DNA from: Polyangium sp. 15x6
GTDB taxonomy: Bacteria; Myxococcota_A; Polyangia; Polyangiales; Polyangiaceae
Assembly: GCF_029960785.1 (NCBI RefSeq)
Contig: NZ_JASBQE010000055.1
Location: 1-64,000 of the forward strand
Reading direction: 5' to 3'
Length of the DNA: 64,000 bases
The position numbers were made by a program, and so were the translations under genes. The notes beneath the pieces are model-generated. The model saw only the letters and a program-made list of their open reading frames with translations, had not been told where the DNA came from and made no database searches. Positions 51,839 to 60,645 of the stretch are shown piece after piece (within the stretch, counting starts at the first letter, position 1; every line of letters starts with the position of its first letter).

Positions 51839-52240
51839 TCAGGGCGCCCCGCCATCCGGCCCCGGAGGCTCCCGCGCCGCCGAAAGCAGCGCCCCCGGAC
51901 AAACCACCGGCTGCGTCCGCTCGGTGCTCCCCTCCCGCAAACACGATTTCCCCATCACGCGGATGCGCTCGCCGACCTGCAAATCCTGCGGGCAAGGGGT
52001 CTGCGTGGCCGGGGAGACGACGTCCCGATCGACCGAATGAACCTCGCATCGCTCGGCCGTGCGGGCGAGGTAATGGCGGATCGTCGGGCGGCGCGGGGGC
52101 GCGGCCGAGGGCGCGGAAGATCGTGCGGTATCGGGGGGAGCGGGCGCGGGCGTGGCCTCGGGGGCGTCGCCGCCGCGGCACGCCGGGAGGAACGCGGCGA
52201 GGAGGAACACGCGGAAAGGGCCGCAGAAGAACACGCGCAC
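51839..52240 (-). CDS. small lipoprotein, 133 aa
   Basis: GTG start preceded by AGGAGAGG. Signal peptide MRVFFCGPFRVFLLAAFLPAC. Its stop is 1 nt from the stop of the convergent upstream gene. Confidence 0.4.
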   Translation of the reverse strand: MRVFFCGPFRVFLLAAFLPACRGGDAPEATPAPAPPDTARSSAPSAAPPRRPTIRHYLARTAERCEVHSVDRDVVSPATQTPCPQDLQVGERIRVMGKSCLREGSTERTQPVVCPGALLSAAREPPGPDGGAP

Positions 52241-52306
52241 GGTCCTCTCCTTGCCACAAGTTTTGTCGTGGCGGGCCCGTCGCGTTGGGCTAATTCAACC
52301 GTCCCC

Positions 52307-53242
52307 ATGGCCGAGCTTCGTCCCTCGTCGCGCTCCGGAAAGGACGGGATCCCCATCGACTGGGGTAGCCTCGCGCCGCTGCGCTTGCGGGCCCGGACGC
52401 TGGCCGAGGGCGTCTACGCAGGCGGGCACCGGAGCGTGCGCAAAGGGCCCGGCGTGGAGTTCGGCGGGCACAGGCCTTACGTGCCCGGCGACGATCTCCG
52501 GTTCTTCGACCGGCGGGCCTTGCTGCGGCACGACCGGATGATGGTGCGCGAGTTCGAGACGGAGACGGATCGCGCTCTCTGGCTCTGCGTGGACGCGACG
52601 GCCTCGATGGCCTACCGCAGCAGCCGGGCCCCGGGCGCGAAGCTCGCCTACGGGGCGCTCGTGGCCGCGGCGCTGGCGCGCGTGGCGCTGTCGACGGGGG
52701 ATCCCGTGGGCCTCGCGTGGCTCGGCGGGCGCGGGACGCTGCCGCTGCCGGCGTCGAGCGGGCGCGAGGCGTTCGATCGGGTGGCCGGGGCGCTCGAAGG
52801 GGCCGCGGCCGCGGGCGACGCGAGCACGGACGAGGCGGCGATGGAGCGGGCCCTCGCCCCGGTGGCGCGGCGCGCGCGGCGAGGCGCGGTGATCGTGCTG
52901 GTGAGCGATTTCGTGGATCTGCCAGAGCGGGCGCTGTCGGCGTTCTCGGCGCTCGCGGCCGGCGGGCGCTCGCTCGTGGCGCTCCGGGTGCTCGATCCGA
53001 ACGAGGCGGATCTCGGCTTCTCCGGGCACGTGCGGCTCCGCGCGAGCGAGGGCGACGTGGTCGTGGAGACCGACGCCGAGGAGGTGCGCGCGATCTACCG
53101 CGAGCGGCTCGCCGGGATCGCCGAGCGCTGGTCGACGGAGCTCTCCGGGAGGGGCGGGCGCTGGGTGGAGTCGGTGACGGACCAACCCCCCGCCGACGTG
53201 GTGCGCGCCGTGGTGCGCGCCGTGGCCGAGGCGCGCGCATGA
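52307..53242 (+). CDS. DUF58 domain protein (MoxR-system associated)
   Basis: Hallmark block GVEFGGHRPYVPGDDLRFFDRRALLRHDRMMVREFETETD. ATG at 52307. Confidence 0.8.
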   Translation: MAELRPSSRSGKDGIPIDWGSLAPLRLRARTLAEGVYAGGHRSVRKGPGVEFGGHRPYVPGDDLRFFDRRALLRHDRMMVREFETETDRALWLCVDATASMAYRSSRAPGAKLAYGALVAAALARVALSTGDPVGLAWLGGRGTLPLPASSGREAFDRVAGALEGAAAAGDASTDEAAMERALAPVARRARRGAVIVLVSDFVDLPERALSAFSALAAGGRSLVALRVLDPNEADLGFSGHVRLRASEGDVVVETDAEEVRAIYRERLAGIAERWSTELSGRGGRWVESVTDQPPADVVRAVVRAVAEARA

Positions 53243-55272
53243 GCTTCGCCACGATCGCCGCGTTGCTCGTGGCGCTGCTCGTCGCCGCGCCGGTCGCGGC
53301 GCACCTGCTCCGGCGAAGGCAAGCCGAGGAGCAACCCTTCCCGCCCGCGAAGCTCGTGCCGCCGACGAAGCCTCTGGCCCGGCGGCGGAGCATGCTGGAG
53401 GATCGCTCGCTCTTCGCGGTGCGAGCGCTCAGCGTGCTCATGCTCGCGGTGCTCGGCGCGACGCCGTTCGTGCGGTGCGCGCGGCTCGGCCTGGAGCGAA
53501 AAGACGGGGCCTCGGTGGCGCTCGCGATCGTGATCGACGATTCGCTGAGCATGCGCGCGCCGCTGGAAGCCGGGACGGCCGCGCCGGGCAAGCGGACGAA
53601 GTTCGAGCGGGCCCTCGCGTCGGCGCGGGAGCTCGCCACGGGCCTGCGCAGCGGCGACGCGGTGGCCGTGGTCCTCGGAGGCGCGCCGGCGCGCGTGGCG
53701 CTCGCGTCCACGACGAACATGGCGGCCGTGACGGGCGCGCTCGACGCGATCGAGCCGTCCGATCGCGCGACGGATCTGGATGGCGCGCTGGCGCTGGCGC
53801 GGGAGCTTCTGCGCAGCGTGCCGCACGCTGATCGGCGGGTGGTCCTTCTGAGCGACCTCGCCGATGGAGCGCCGAACGCCGCGCCCCTCGGCGGCGGGTC
53901 GGACACGACGTTGTGGGTGCCGCTGCCGGAGCTCGAAGCCACGGGCCGCGACTGCGCGGTGACACGCGCGGACCTGCGCTCGGGCAAGGTGCGGGCGCGG
54001 GTCGTGTGCAGCCCCGAGGCGCGGCCGGTGGGCGAGGGCGCGGGGGTGATCTCGGCCTCGGCGGGTCGGGCGGTGGAGCTCAAGGCCGAGGGGAAGGTGC
54101 TCGCGTCGGCGCCGCTCGGGCCGTCCGTCCGCGCCGAGGAGGTCGCGCTCGACGTGCCGGACGGCGCGCCGGAGGACCTGACGGTCGGGCTGACGCCGGG
54201 CGACGCGATCCTGGAGGACGACGAGGCGCCGGTCGTGCCGGCCGGCGGGGCGCTGCCGATCGCGGTCGTGGTGGACGTGGCCTCGACGCACGTGGCCACG
54301 GGCGGGCCGCCGCCAATCGAGCAGGCCCTCACGGCGATGCACCTCGACGCGGAGGTGCGGCCGCTGCCCGCGGTGCCGGATCATGCGGACGAGCTGGCCG
54401 CGTTCGCGGGGCTCATCGTGGACGACGTGCCGGGCTTCACGCCGGAGGGCCGGCGCTCGCTTTCGGCGTGGGTCGAGCGCGGGGGCGTGCTGCTCTTGAC
54501 GTTCGGGCCACGCGCGGCGACGGCGCCGCTCGGGGCGGGGTTCGACCCGCTCGTGCCGGGCGTGGTGCGCTGGGGGCCGAGCCCGTCGCAGGGCGCCGAT
54601 CCCGGGAGCGCGGTGTTCTTCGGTCCGAGCGCGGAGGGCCTCGGCAAGCTCTCGCCCGACGGGCGCGCGTCCTTCGATCCTGCCGCCGCGACGAACGCGG
54701 ACATGCTCGCGCGCTGGGACGACGGCGCGCCTCTGCTCTTGCGCCGCTCGCTCGGCCGCGGCGCCGTGTTCGCGCTCTCGCTGCCGCTCACCGTGGACGA
54801 GAGCGACTTCGTGCTGAGGCCGGCGTTCCTCGCGCTGCTCGACCGCTTCGTGGGCACGGCGCGGGCGCGCGGCGGGGCGCGGCAGATCGACGTCGGCGAC
54901 GCGTTCACGTTCGACGGGTTCAAGGACGTGTCGATCGAGCGATTGCCGCTCCGCGCGGGCGAGGCGCGACAGTCGATCCCGGTCGTGGAGCAGGACGGAC
55001 GCCGCCGTGCCGTGGCGTCGCTCCGGGGTCGGTACGAGGTGCGCCTCGACGGCGAGCGCGCGATCCGCGTCGCGACGGTCCCTGAGCGGGAGATCGATCT
55101 GCGCCCGCGGCGCGTGATCGACGCGGCGCGCGCCGAGGAGCTCGGCGGCGTCGCGCCGTCGATCGACGCGTCGCCCTACGTGGCGCTCGGGCTGCTCGGG
55201 CTCGTCGTGCTGGAGCTGTTCCTGCGCGCGGTGGGGCAAAAGCGCGAGGGTTCGGCGTCCACGACGGCCTGA
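53239..55272 (+). CDS. vWA-domain membrane protein, BatA/BatB-like
   Basis: The ATG overlaps the DUF58 stop (ATGA). N-terminal transmembrane helix, MIDAS motif VALAIVIDDSLSM, C-terminal transmembrane helix. Confidence 0.8.
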   Translation: MSFATIAALLVALLVAAPVAAHLLRRRQAEEQPFPPAKLVPPTKPLARRRSMLEDRSLFAVRALSVLMLAVLGATPFVRCARLGLERKDGASVALAIVIDDSLSMRAPLEAGTAAPGKRTKFERALASARELATGLRSGDAVAVVLGGAPARVALASTTNMAAVTGALDAIEPSDRATDLDGALALARELLRSVPHADRRVVLLSDLADGAPNAAPLGGGSDTTLWVPLPELEATGRDCAVTRADLRSGKVRARVVCSPEARPVGEGAGVISASAGRAVELKAEGKVLASAPLGPSVRAEEVALDVPDGAPEDLTVGLTPGDAILEDDEAPVVPAGGALPIAVVVDVASTHVATGGPPPIEQALTAMHLDAEVRPLPAVPDHADELAAFAGLIVDDVPGFTPEGRRSLSAWVERGGVLLLTFGPRAATAPLGAGFDPLVPGVVRWGPSPSQGADPGSAVFFGPSAEGLGKLSPDGRASFDPAAATNADMLARWDDGAPLLLRRSLGRGAVFALSLPLTVDESDFVLRPAFLALLDRFVGTARARGGARQIDVGDAFTFDGFKDVSIERLPLRAGEARQSIPVVEQDGRRRAVASLRGRYEVRLDGERAIRVATVPEREIDLRPRRVIDAARAEELGGVAPSIDASPYVALGLLGLVVLELFLRAVGQKREGSASTTA

Positions 55273-55314
55273 ACCGGGGTAGCATCGCCGTTCTCGCTTC
55301 GGAGGCGTGAGGAC

Positions 55315-56325
55315 ATGCGATTCACTTGCTTGCTCGCGATCGCCGCGCTCGCCGCGGCCGGGTGTACCGCCGACGGCAGGGACCTCTTCGGCGCGCCGCA
55401 GAGCCCCGGCGCGGGAGGTGAAGGCGGCGCCGGGGGCAGCGGCGGCATGGGCGGCATGAACGCATCGTCGTCGTCCGGGAGCACGTCCTCCTCGTCGAGC
55501 GCGTCGAGCTCCAGCGCGGCGTCGTCCTCGTCGTCCTCGTCATCCGCGTCCTCTTCGTCGTCGTCCTCTTCATCGTCGTCCGGCGGCGGCGATACCTGCC
55601 AGCATGCCGTCTGCACCGTCGGAAATGCGCTCGACGCGGGCTGCAATCCCTGCGTCGAGCAGGTCTGCGCGTCGCAGAACGGCGCCGGGTGTTGCCAGGA
55701 CTTCTGGGGCGGCAACTGCGTGGCGCTCGCCGATCAGCTCTGCAACGCCGGCTGCTGCGGCAACGGCGAATGCAACGGCGAGTCGTGCGATTCGTGCCCG
55801 AACGACTGCGGCGCCTGCTTCTGCGGCGACGGCGTGTGCAACGGCGGCGAGGACTGCGCCTCGTGCGCCGAGGATTGCGGCCCCTGCGCGGAGTGCCCGC
55901 ACTCGGTCTGCGGCACGGGCGCGGCGCTCGATCCGGACGTCTGCCGCGCGCCGTGCGTGGACGAGGTGTGCATGCAGGACGCGAACTGCTGCGGCATGGG
56001 GTCGAGCGCGCCGTGGACCGGGGCATGCGCGCACCTCGCGGACATGCTCTGCGGCGCGGATCCATGCATCACGTCGGTGTGCATGGATCAGCCGGAGTGC
56101 TGCACGACGGGCTGGGACCAGGCCTGCGTGGCCGCGGCCACGATGAAGTGCGGCGTGAGCTGCAACTGCGCGCACTCGATCTGCCAGTCAGGCCCGGAGC
56201 TGGATCCGACGTGCAACCCGTGCGCGGCAGCCGTCTGCAAGACCGACCCTTATTGCTGCGAGCAGAACTGGGACGGCATCTGCGTCGGCGAAGTCGAGCT
56301 CGTCTGCGGCATCAACTGCAATTGA
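55315..56325 (+). CDS. Cys-rich repeat lipoprotein with a poly-Ser linker
   Basis: LAAAGC lipobox; a Ser-rich run of roughly 45 residues; a ~55-aa module C-x-H-x-V/I-C-x(3)-G-x-x-LD-x-x-C-N-P-C-V-x-x-V-C repeated four times. Confidence 0.65.
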   Translation: MRFTCLLAIAALAAAGCTADGRDLFGAPQSPGAGGEGGAGGSGGMGGMNASSSSGSTSSSSSASSSSAASSSSSSSSASSSSSSSSSSSGGGDTCQHAVCTVGNALDAGCNPCVEQVCASQNGAGCCQDFWGGNCVALADQLCNAGCCGNGECNGESCDSCPNDCGACFCGDGVCNGGEDCASCAEDCGPCAECPHSVCGTGAALDPDVCRAPCVDEVCMQDANCCGMGSSAPWTGACAHLADMLCGADPCITSVCMDQPECCTTGWDQACVAAATMKCGVSCNCAHSICQSGPELDPTCNPCAAAVCKTDPYCCEQNWDGICVGEVELVCGINCN

Positions 56326-56335
56326 CGCCGAAAGC

Positions 56336-56370
56336 GCGGGGGCGGGCTCCGATCCCGGGCCTGCCCCCGC
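56336..56370. terminator. GC-rich hairpin between convergent genes (GCGGGGGC...GCCCCCGC), possibly a bidirectional terminator
   Basis: Perfect 8-bp arms with an inner CCCGGG palindrome, lying between the stop at 56325 and the stop at 56377. Confidence 0.4.
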
Positions 56371-56376
56371 CAAACC

Positions 56377-57318
56377 TCAATGCGTCTGCCAGTGCGGAGG
56401 GATCTCTTCCAGCACCGCGGCCGCGGCCGCGGGCTCGGCCGGCGGCGGGAGGCGGCGCGGGCCGTTCGGCTTGAAGCTGTGCTCGGCGCCCGGGAACGTG
56501 CGTGCTTGCACCTCCTCCACGTACGCCCGCGTCGCCGCCATGATTTGCTCGCCCACCTCGGCGAAGCGCTTCGCGAAGCGCGGGCGCAGATCCGGGTACA
56601 TGCCGAGCATGTCGTAACAGACGAGCACCTGCCCATCACACCCCGCGCCCGCGCCGATGCCGATCGTCGGGACCGACACGGCCGCCGTGATCTCCTCCGC
56701 GAGGTCCGGCGGGATCGCCTCGAGCACGATCGCGTACGCGCCGGCCTCGTCGAGCGCCTGCGCGTCCCGGACGAGCCGCGCCGCCGCATCCTCGCCCTTG
56801 CCCTGCACCTTGAAGCCGCCCATCGCGTGCACCGACTGCGGCGTGAGCCCGATGTGCGCGCACACCGGAATGCCCGCCCTGACGATGCGGCTCACGTGCT
56901 CGGCGACTTCCTCGCCGCCCTCGATCTTCACGCTTTCGAATGCGCCGTCCTTCATCAAGCGGCCCGCGCTCTCGAGCGCCTGCACGGGCGAGAGCTGGAA
57001 GCTCATGAACGGTAGGTCCCCGACCACGTGCGCGCGCCGCGCCCCGCGCGCGACGGCGCGGCCGTGGTAGCAGATCTCCTCGACCGTCACGGGCAGCGTC
57101 GTCGGGTGCCCTTGCACGACCATGCCGAGCGAGTCGCCGACGAGCAGCATGTCCGCGCCGCCCTCGTCGAGCAGTCGCGCCATCGTGAAGTCGTAGGCCG
57201 TCACCATCGCGATCGGCGGCCCGCCCGCCTTCCGCGCGCGAATGTCCGGCACGGTGATCTTCTTGGGGGCCGCAGCCGGACGTCCACCGCCGCTGCTCTG
57301 ACCTTTGGGACCGTACAT
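56377..57318 (-). CDS. panB: 3-methyl-2-oxobutanoate hydroxymethyltransferase (ketopantoate hydroxymethyltransferase)
   Basis: MVTAYDF...LLVGDSLGMV...HIGLTPQ motifs. ATG at 57318 with a GGAGGA RBS. Confidence 0.9.
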   Translation of the reverse strand: MYGPKGQSSGGGRPAAAPKKITVPDIRARKAGGPPIAMVTAYDFTMARLLDEGGADMLLVGDSLGMVVQGHPTTLPVTVEEICYHGRAVARGARRAHVVGDLPFMSFQLSPVQALESAGRLMKDGAFESVKIEGGEEVAEHVSRIVRAGIPVCAHIGLTPQSVHAMGGFKVQGKGEDAAARLVRDAQALDEAGAYAIVLEAIPPDLAEEITAAVSVPTIGIGAGAGCDGQVLVCYDMLGMYPDLRPRFAKRFAEVGEQIMAATRAYVEEVQARTFPGAEHSFKPNGPRRLPPPAEPAAAAAVLEEIPPHWQTH

Positions 57319-57370
57319 GATTTCCTCCGGGTCGCGGCCGCATGGATGCGGTCCACGCCTACAGACGAGG

Positions 57371-58250
57371 CTAGGGCGCCCCGAACGAAACGGCAAGACG
57401 CGCGATCCGCGAAAAAATCGCGCTGGCTGTAGGCTGGGGCGGCCCGGAAAAACCTGCGCGGCGGGAGCTCACCGGCGACGACGGCGGCGCGCGACCGAAA
57501 GCAACATCGCGCCGCCAGGAGCCCGAGCGCCGTGGGCATGCTCGCCTCGCCGCCGACGGCGCAGCTCGCGTTGCTCTGCGAGCCCGGGTTCGGGTGTCCC
57601 CGCCCCCGAAGCCGTTGTCCCAGGGGTTCACGTCGGGGTCGGTGATCGGCTCGGAGCACCAGTCCGGCGGCGGCGGGCAGGCGGGCGGCGTGCCGACGGC
57701 GGCCGTGACCTGGAGCCATCGCTCGACGTACGACTGGTCGTTCGAAGCGCCCAGCGTGAGGTCGGCCTTCAGCGCCTCGCGCGAGAGCTCCGCGTGGACG
57801 CGGGTCAGGTCCTGGGTGCACTCTCGAGCGCGCTCGGGCCCATCGGATCGCCGCCGTAGCCGCTGTTCTCCGGATCGAATTCGGCCGTGTACTTCAGGCT
57901 GTCCTCGATCCAGAAGGGCGACAGCGGCTCGCCCACCTCGACGAGCCACGCCTTGCCGCCCGACGTCTCGAAGCTCTTCTGCTTGAGGTCCTTGTAGTTG
58001 CTCGACTGCGTGTCCCAGTTCCACACGAGATCCGCGGCCTTGATCTGGAAGCTCGGGACGTTCGTCGGCTCGTATGATTTGACCCCAAAGGGTCGTCCGA
58101 TCGTTCGAGATCGAAAGAACCATGCGGTGGCCGGTGACCTGCGTGGTCTCCTGCTGGGTGATGAAGCACCCGCCACACGCATTCGAATCGGTCGCGTAAA
58201 GGGCGCGCCGCGGCGCTCCACGGACCGACGAGGGCTGGAGACTCGCGAAA
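57371..58250 (-). pseudogene. disrupted gene with at least two frameshifts and no usable start codon
   Basis: The protein-like sequence switches frame at a cttTGGGGtc run and again near gagagtgcacc. Segments: ...ACGGCFITQQETTQVTGHRMVLSISNDRTTLWG | VKSYEPTNVPSFQIKAADLVWNWDTQSSNYKDLKQKSFETSGGKAWLVEVGEPLSPFWIEDSLKYTAEFDPENSGYGGDPMGPSALE | CTQDLTRVHAELSREALKADLTLGASNDQSYVERWLQ... Confidence 0.3.
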
Positions 58251-58273
58251 AGAGAACGACGGCGAAACGCCCC

Positions 58274-60448
58274 TTACGGAGCGTGCAGCATGCCCTCGTC
58301 GAGGCGGCGCATGCCTTCGAGCAAGAGCGCCTCGGGCGAGACGGCGATCGTGCGGCCCGATGGCTCGACGCCCGGTTCGAGCCGGAACTCGCCCTCGTGC
58401 AACGCGAGCATCCGGTAGAAGGCCTCTTCGCCGACGACCTGCTCCCAGCGCGCGTCCACGATCTGCCCCTCGGCGAAGTGGATCTCGCCCGTGCCCTTGC
58501 CCGTCTGGATCCGGAGCGCGCACGTCTTGCGGCCATGCCAGAGGACCTGGACCATGTCCGGGATGCTCATCTCCGCGAGCGATCCCGTCACGCCGCGCCC
58601 GCCGCCGCGCGCGACACGTCGCTCCACGAGCTGACGGAGTTTTGCCGCGAAGATGTCCGCGGACGTCGGCTTCGAGACGAAGTCGTCGACGCCGAGATCG
58701 AAGGCCTTCTGCGCGCTGTGGCGGTCGTTCTTGCGCGTGAGGATCACCCACGTGATGCCGCGTCCCCACGACTCCTTCTGCGCGTCGGCGCGGAGCGCGA
58801 GGCCCATCTCCGGCTCTTCGAGGTCGATCTCGCTGACGACCGCCGCGATCTCGCCGCCTTCGAGCTCGCGCCACGCCTGCGCCACGGTCCGCGCGACGCG
58901 CACCTCGAAGCCCTGCTCGATGAGGCGAAGCTCGAGCACCGTGGTCTCCTCGGGATCCGGATCGATGACGAGCACCGTGTACCGCTCGGACAAAAGCCGC
59001 GCGCGCATGTCGTCGCCCGTGACCTCGTGGCGGAAGAGGTCGACGATGTTCGGATCGAAGACAGTGCCGCGATACCCCGCAAGCACGTCGCACGCCTCGG
59101 CCGGGCGGAGGATCTTGCGGAAGGGGTTGCGCGGGTTCTGCGTGAGGTCGGCGTAGGTGTCCGCGACGGCGAGGATGCGCGCGCCGAGCGGGATCTCCTT
59201 GCCCGCGAGGCCATGCGGCAAGCCGCGGCCGTCGTACCGCTCGTACATGGCCTGGAGCGCGGCCACGGTCTCGGCCGGCAGGCCCACGGACCCCATGAGC
59301 TGCGCCGGGAGCGCGACGGCCTTGAGGCCCGCGACGCGATGTCCCTCGTACTCGGCGACGTTCAGCGCGGTGAGGTGATACGCGCCCATCTTGCCGAGAT
59401 CGTGCAGGTACGCGGCCACGACGAACGCCGCGACGTGCGCAGGCGCGAGGCCAATGCGCTCGCACGTGCGGCGGCACAGGCGCGCGACGACGGCCGAGTG
59501 ACCGCGCAGATCCTGGCGGTTCGCTTCGAGCAAGCTCACGAGGACGTTGAGCGTCTCGATGTACTCGTGCGTCTCGATCGGCGTGAGCACCGGGACCGGA
59601 GGCGGGGGGCTCGGCGAAGGCGCCGTCCCGATCAGCGAGCGCACCTGCGTGGTCGGCTGGTGCCCTCCGGTCGGCGACGTCTGCGCGGTCGCCGCGCTCG
59701 GCCCGTGCCCGCCGTTCATCGAAGGCTGCGTGCTGCCCGTGTGCACCGAGGGCTGCGTCTGCTCACGCGCGCCGGTGGGGCTGGTTTGTCCGGACGCGGA
59801 GGGCGACGTGGGCATCGGCGCGCGCGGCGGCGGCGGCGGCTGCACGGCCGGGCTGCGCGGCGACACGGCCGGCGTTGGAATGGGTCCCGTCGCAGGGCGC
59901 GCCGGCGCGGGGCCGAGGTCGATGTCGATGAAGTCGCCGGTCTGCGCGTTCGTCGCGACAGGACGGAGGAGCGCCTCGAAGGCGGAGACCTCCTTGAAAT
60001 AATGCCGCGCGATCGCAGCGCGCACCGCGGCCGGACGGGCCACGAGCGCGCGCACTTCGCGCACGCCCGCCGCGAGCTTCACCTCGTGGATCGCAGCGTC
60101 GTTGTCGGGATCCGCGGTGACGACGGAGAGCACCGACTTCGCCTCGTCGAGCAGCACCGGAAAGACGCCGTGCATCTTCGCGGTCTTCGGCAAGACGCGG
60201 CCGAGCACGCGCGGCTCGATCGCGGCCTTCGCGAGTTTTTCGGTCGAGACGAACCGCGTGTTGTGCAGCGTCGCGACGTACTTGAGGAGATCTCCCTCGG
60301 GGAGGATGTCGAGCTCGATGAGCGAGTCTTCGATCCGGCCGCGCTGACGGCCCGCGTGATCCACAGCGCGTCGATGCTCCTCGGCCCCGATCCGGCCCTC
60401 GGAGAGCAGGCGATCAGCGACACGCTGGTTGGTGCCGAGCACGGACAT
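58274..60448 (-). CDS. multidomain signalling protein: MshEN (T2SSE_N) c-di-GMP-binding-like domain, HD-GYP-like domain, receiver domain and DUF4388
   Basis: N-terminal RVADRLLSEGRIGAEEHRRAVDHAGRQRGRIEDSLIELDIL (T2SSE_N). HDLGK ... GYRGTVFDPNIVDLF (HD-GYP-like). REC segment YTVLVIDPD...SEIDL...SKP. C-terminal DUF4388-like MSIPDMVQVLWHGRKTCALRI. ATG at 60448; the alternative is a TTG at 60478. Confidence 0.8.
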   Translation of the reverse strand: MSVLGTNQRVADRLLSEGRIGAEEHRRAVDHAGRQRGRIEDSLIELDILPEGDLLKYVATLHNTRFVSTEKLAKAAIEPRVLGRVLPKTAKMHGVFPVLLDEAKSVLSVVTADPDNDAAIHEVKLAAGVREVRALVARPAAVRAAIARHYFKEVSAFEALLRPVATNAQTGDFIDIDLGPAPARPATGPIPTPAVSPRSPAVQPPPPPRAPMPTSPSASGQTSPTGAREQTQPSVHTGSTQPSMNGGHGPSAATAQTSPTGGHQPTTQVRSLIGTAPSPSPPPPVPVLTPIETHEYIETLNVLVSLLEANRQDLRGHSAVVARLCRRTCERIGLAPAHVAAFVVAAYLHDLGKMGAYHLTALNVAEYEGHRVAGLKAVALPAQLMGSVGLPAETVAALQAMYERYDGRGLPHGLAGKEIPLGARILAVADTYADLTQNPRNPFRKILRPAEACDVLAGYRGTVFDPNIVDLFRHEVTGDDMRARLLSERYTVLVIDPDPEETTVLELRLIEQGFEVRVARTVAQAWRELEGGEIAAVVSEIDLEEPEMGLALRADAQKESWGRGITWVILTRKNDRHSAQKAFDLGVDDFVSKPTSADIFAAKLRQLVERRVARGGGRGVTGSLAEMSIPDMVQVLWHGRKTCALRIQTGKGTGEIHFAEGQIVDARWEQVVGEEAFYRMLALHEGEFRLEPGVEPSGRTIAVSPEALLLEGMRRLDEGMLHAP

Positions 60449-60551
60449 CGCGAGTGCAGAGATAGTACATGTCCGCAAGGACGGGGTATCCCAAGACCCG
60501 CCGAAGCAGCAGTCATCCGGCGGATCGACAGGGGACGGCGCGTGCCTGGCC

Positions 60552-60592
60552 GAACAAAAACGAACGCCCGCGCCTGAAGACAGGGCGGGCGT
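60552..60592 (-). terminator. rho-independent terminator downstream of rpoC
   Basis: On the minus strand: ACGCCCGC-cctgtcttcaggc-GCGGGCGT followed by TCGTTTTTGTTCG. Confidence 0.6.
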
Positions 60593-60645
60593 GCGTCTTT
60601 GGGGTCAGGAGGCCGTCGGCGACGACGACCCCCCTACCCTGCTGC

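Noticed and set aside
57998-60577. 859-aa plus ORF and 527-aa minus ORF (57894..59477) overlapping the signalling gene
   Set aside because: Low-complexity Arg/Asp-rich sequence. The 58274..60448 minus-strand frame has four recognisable domains.
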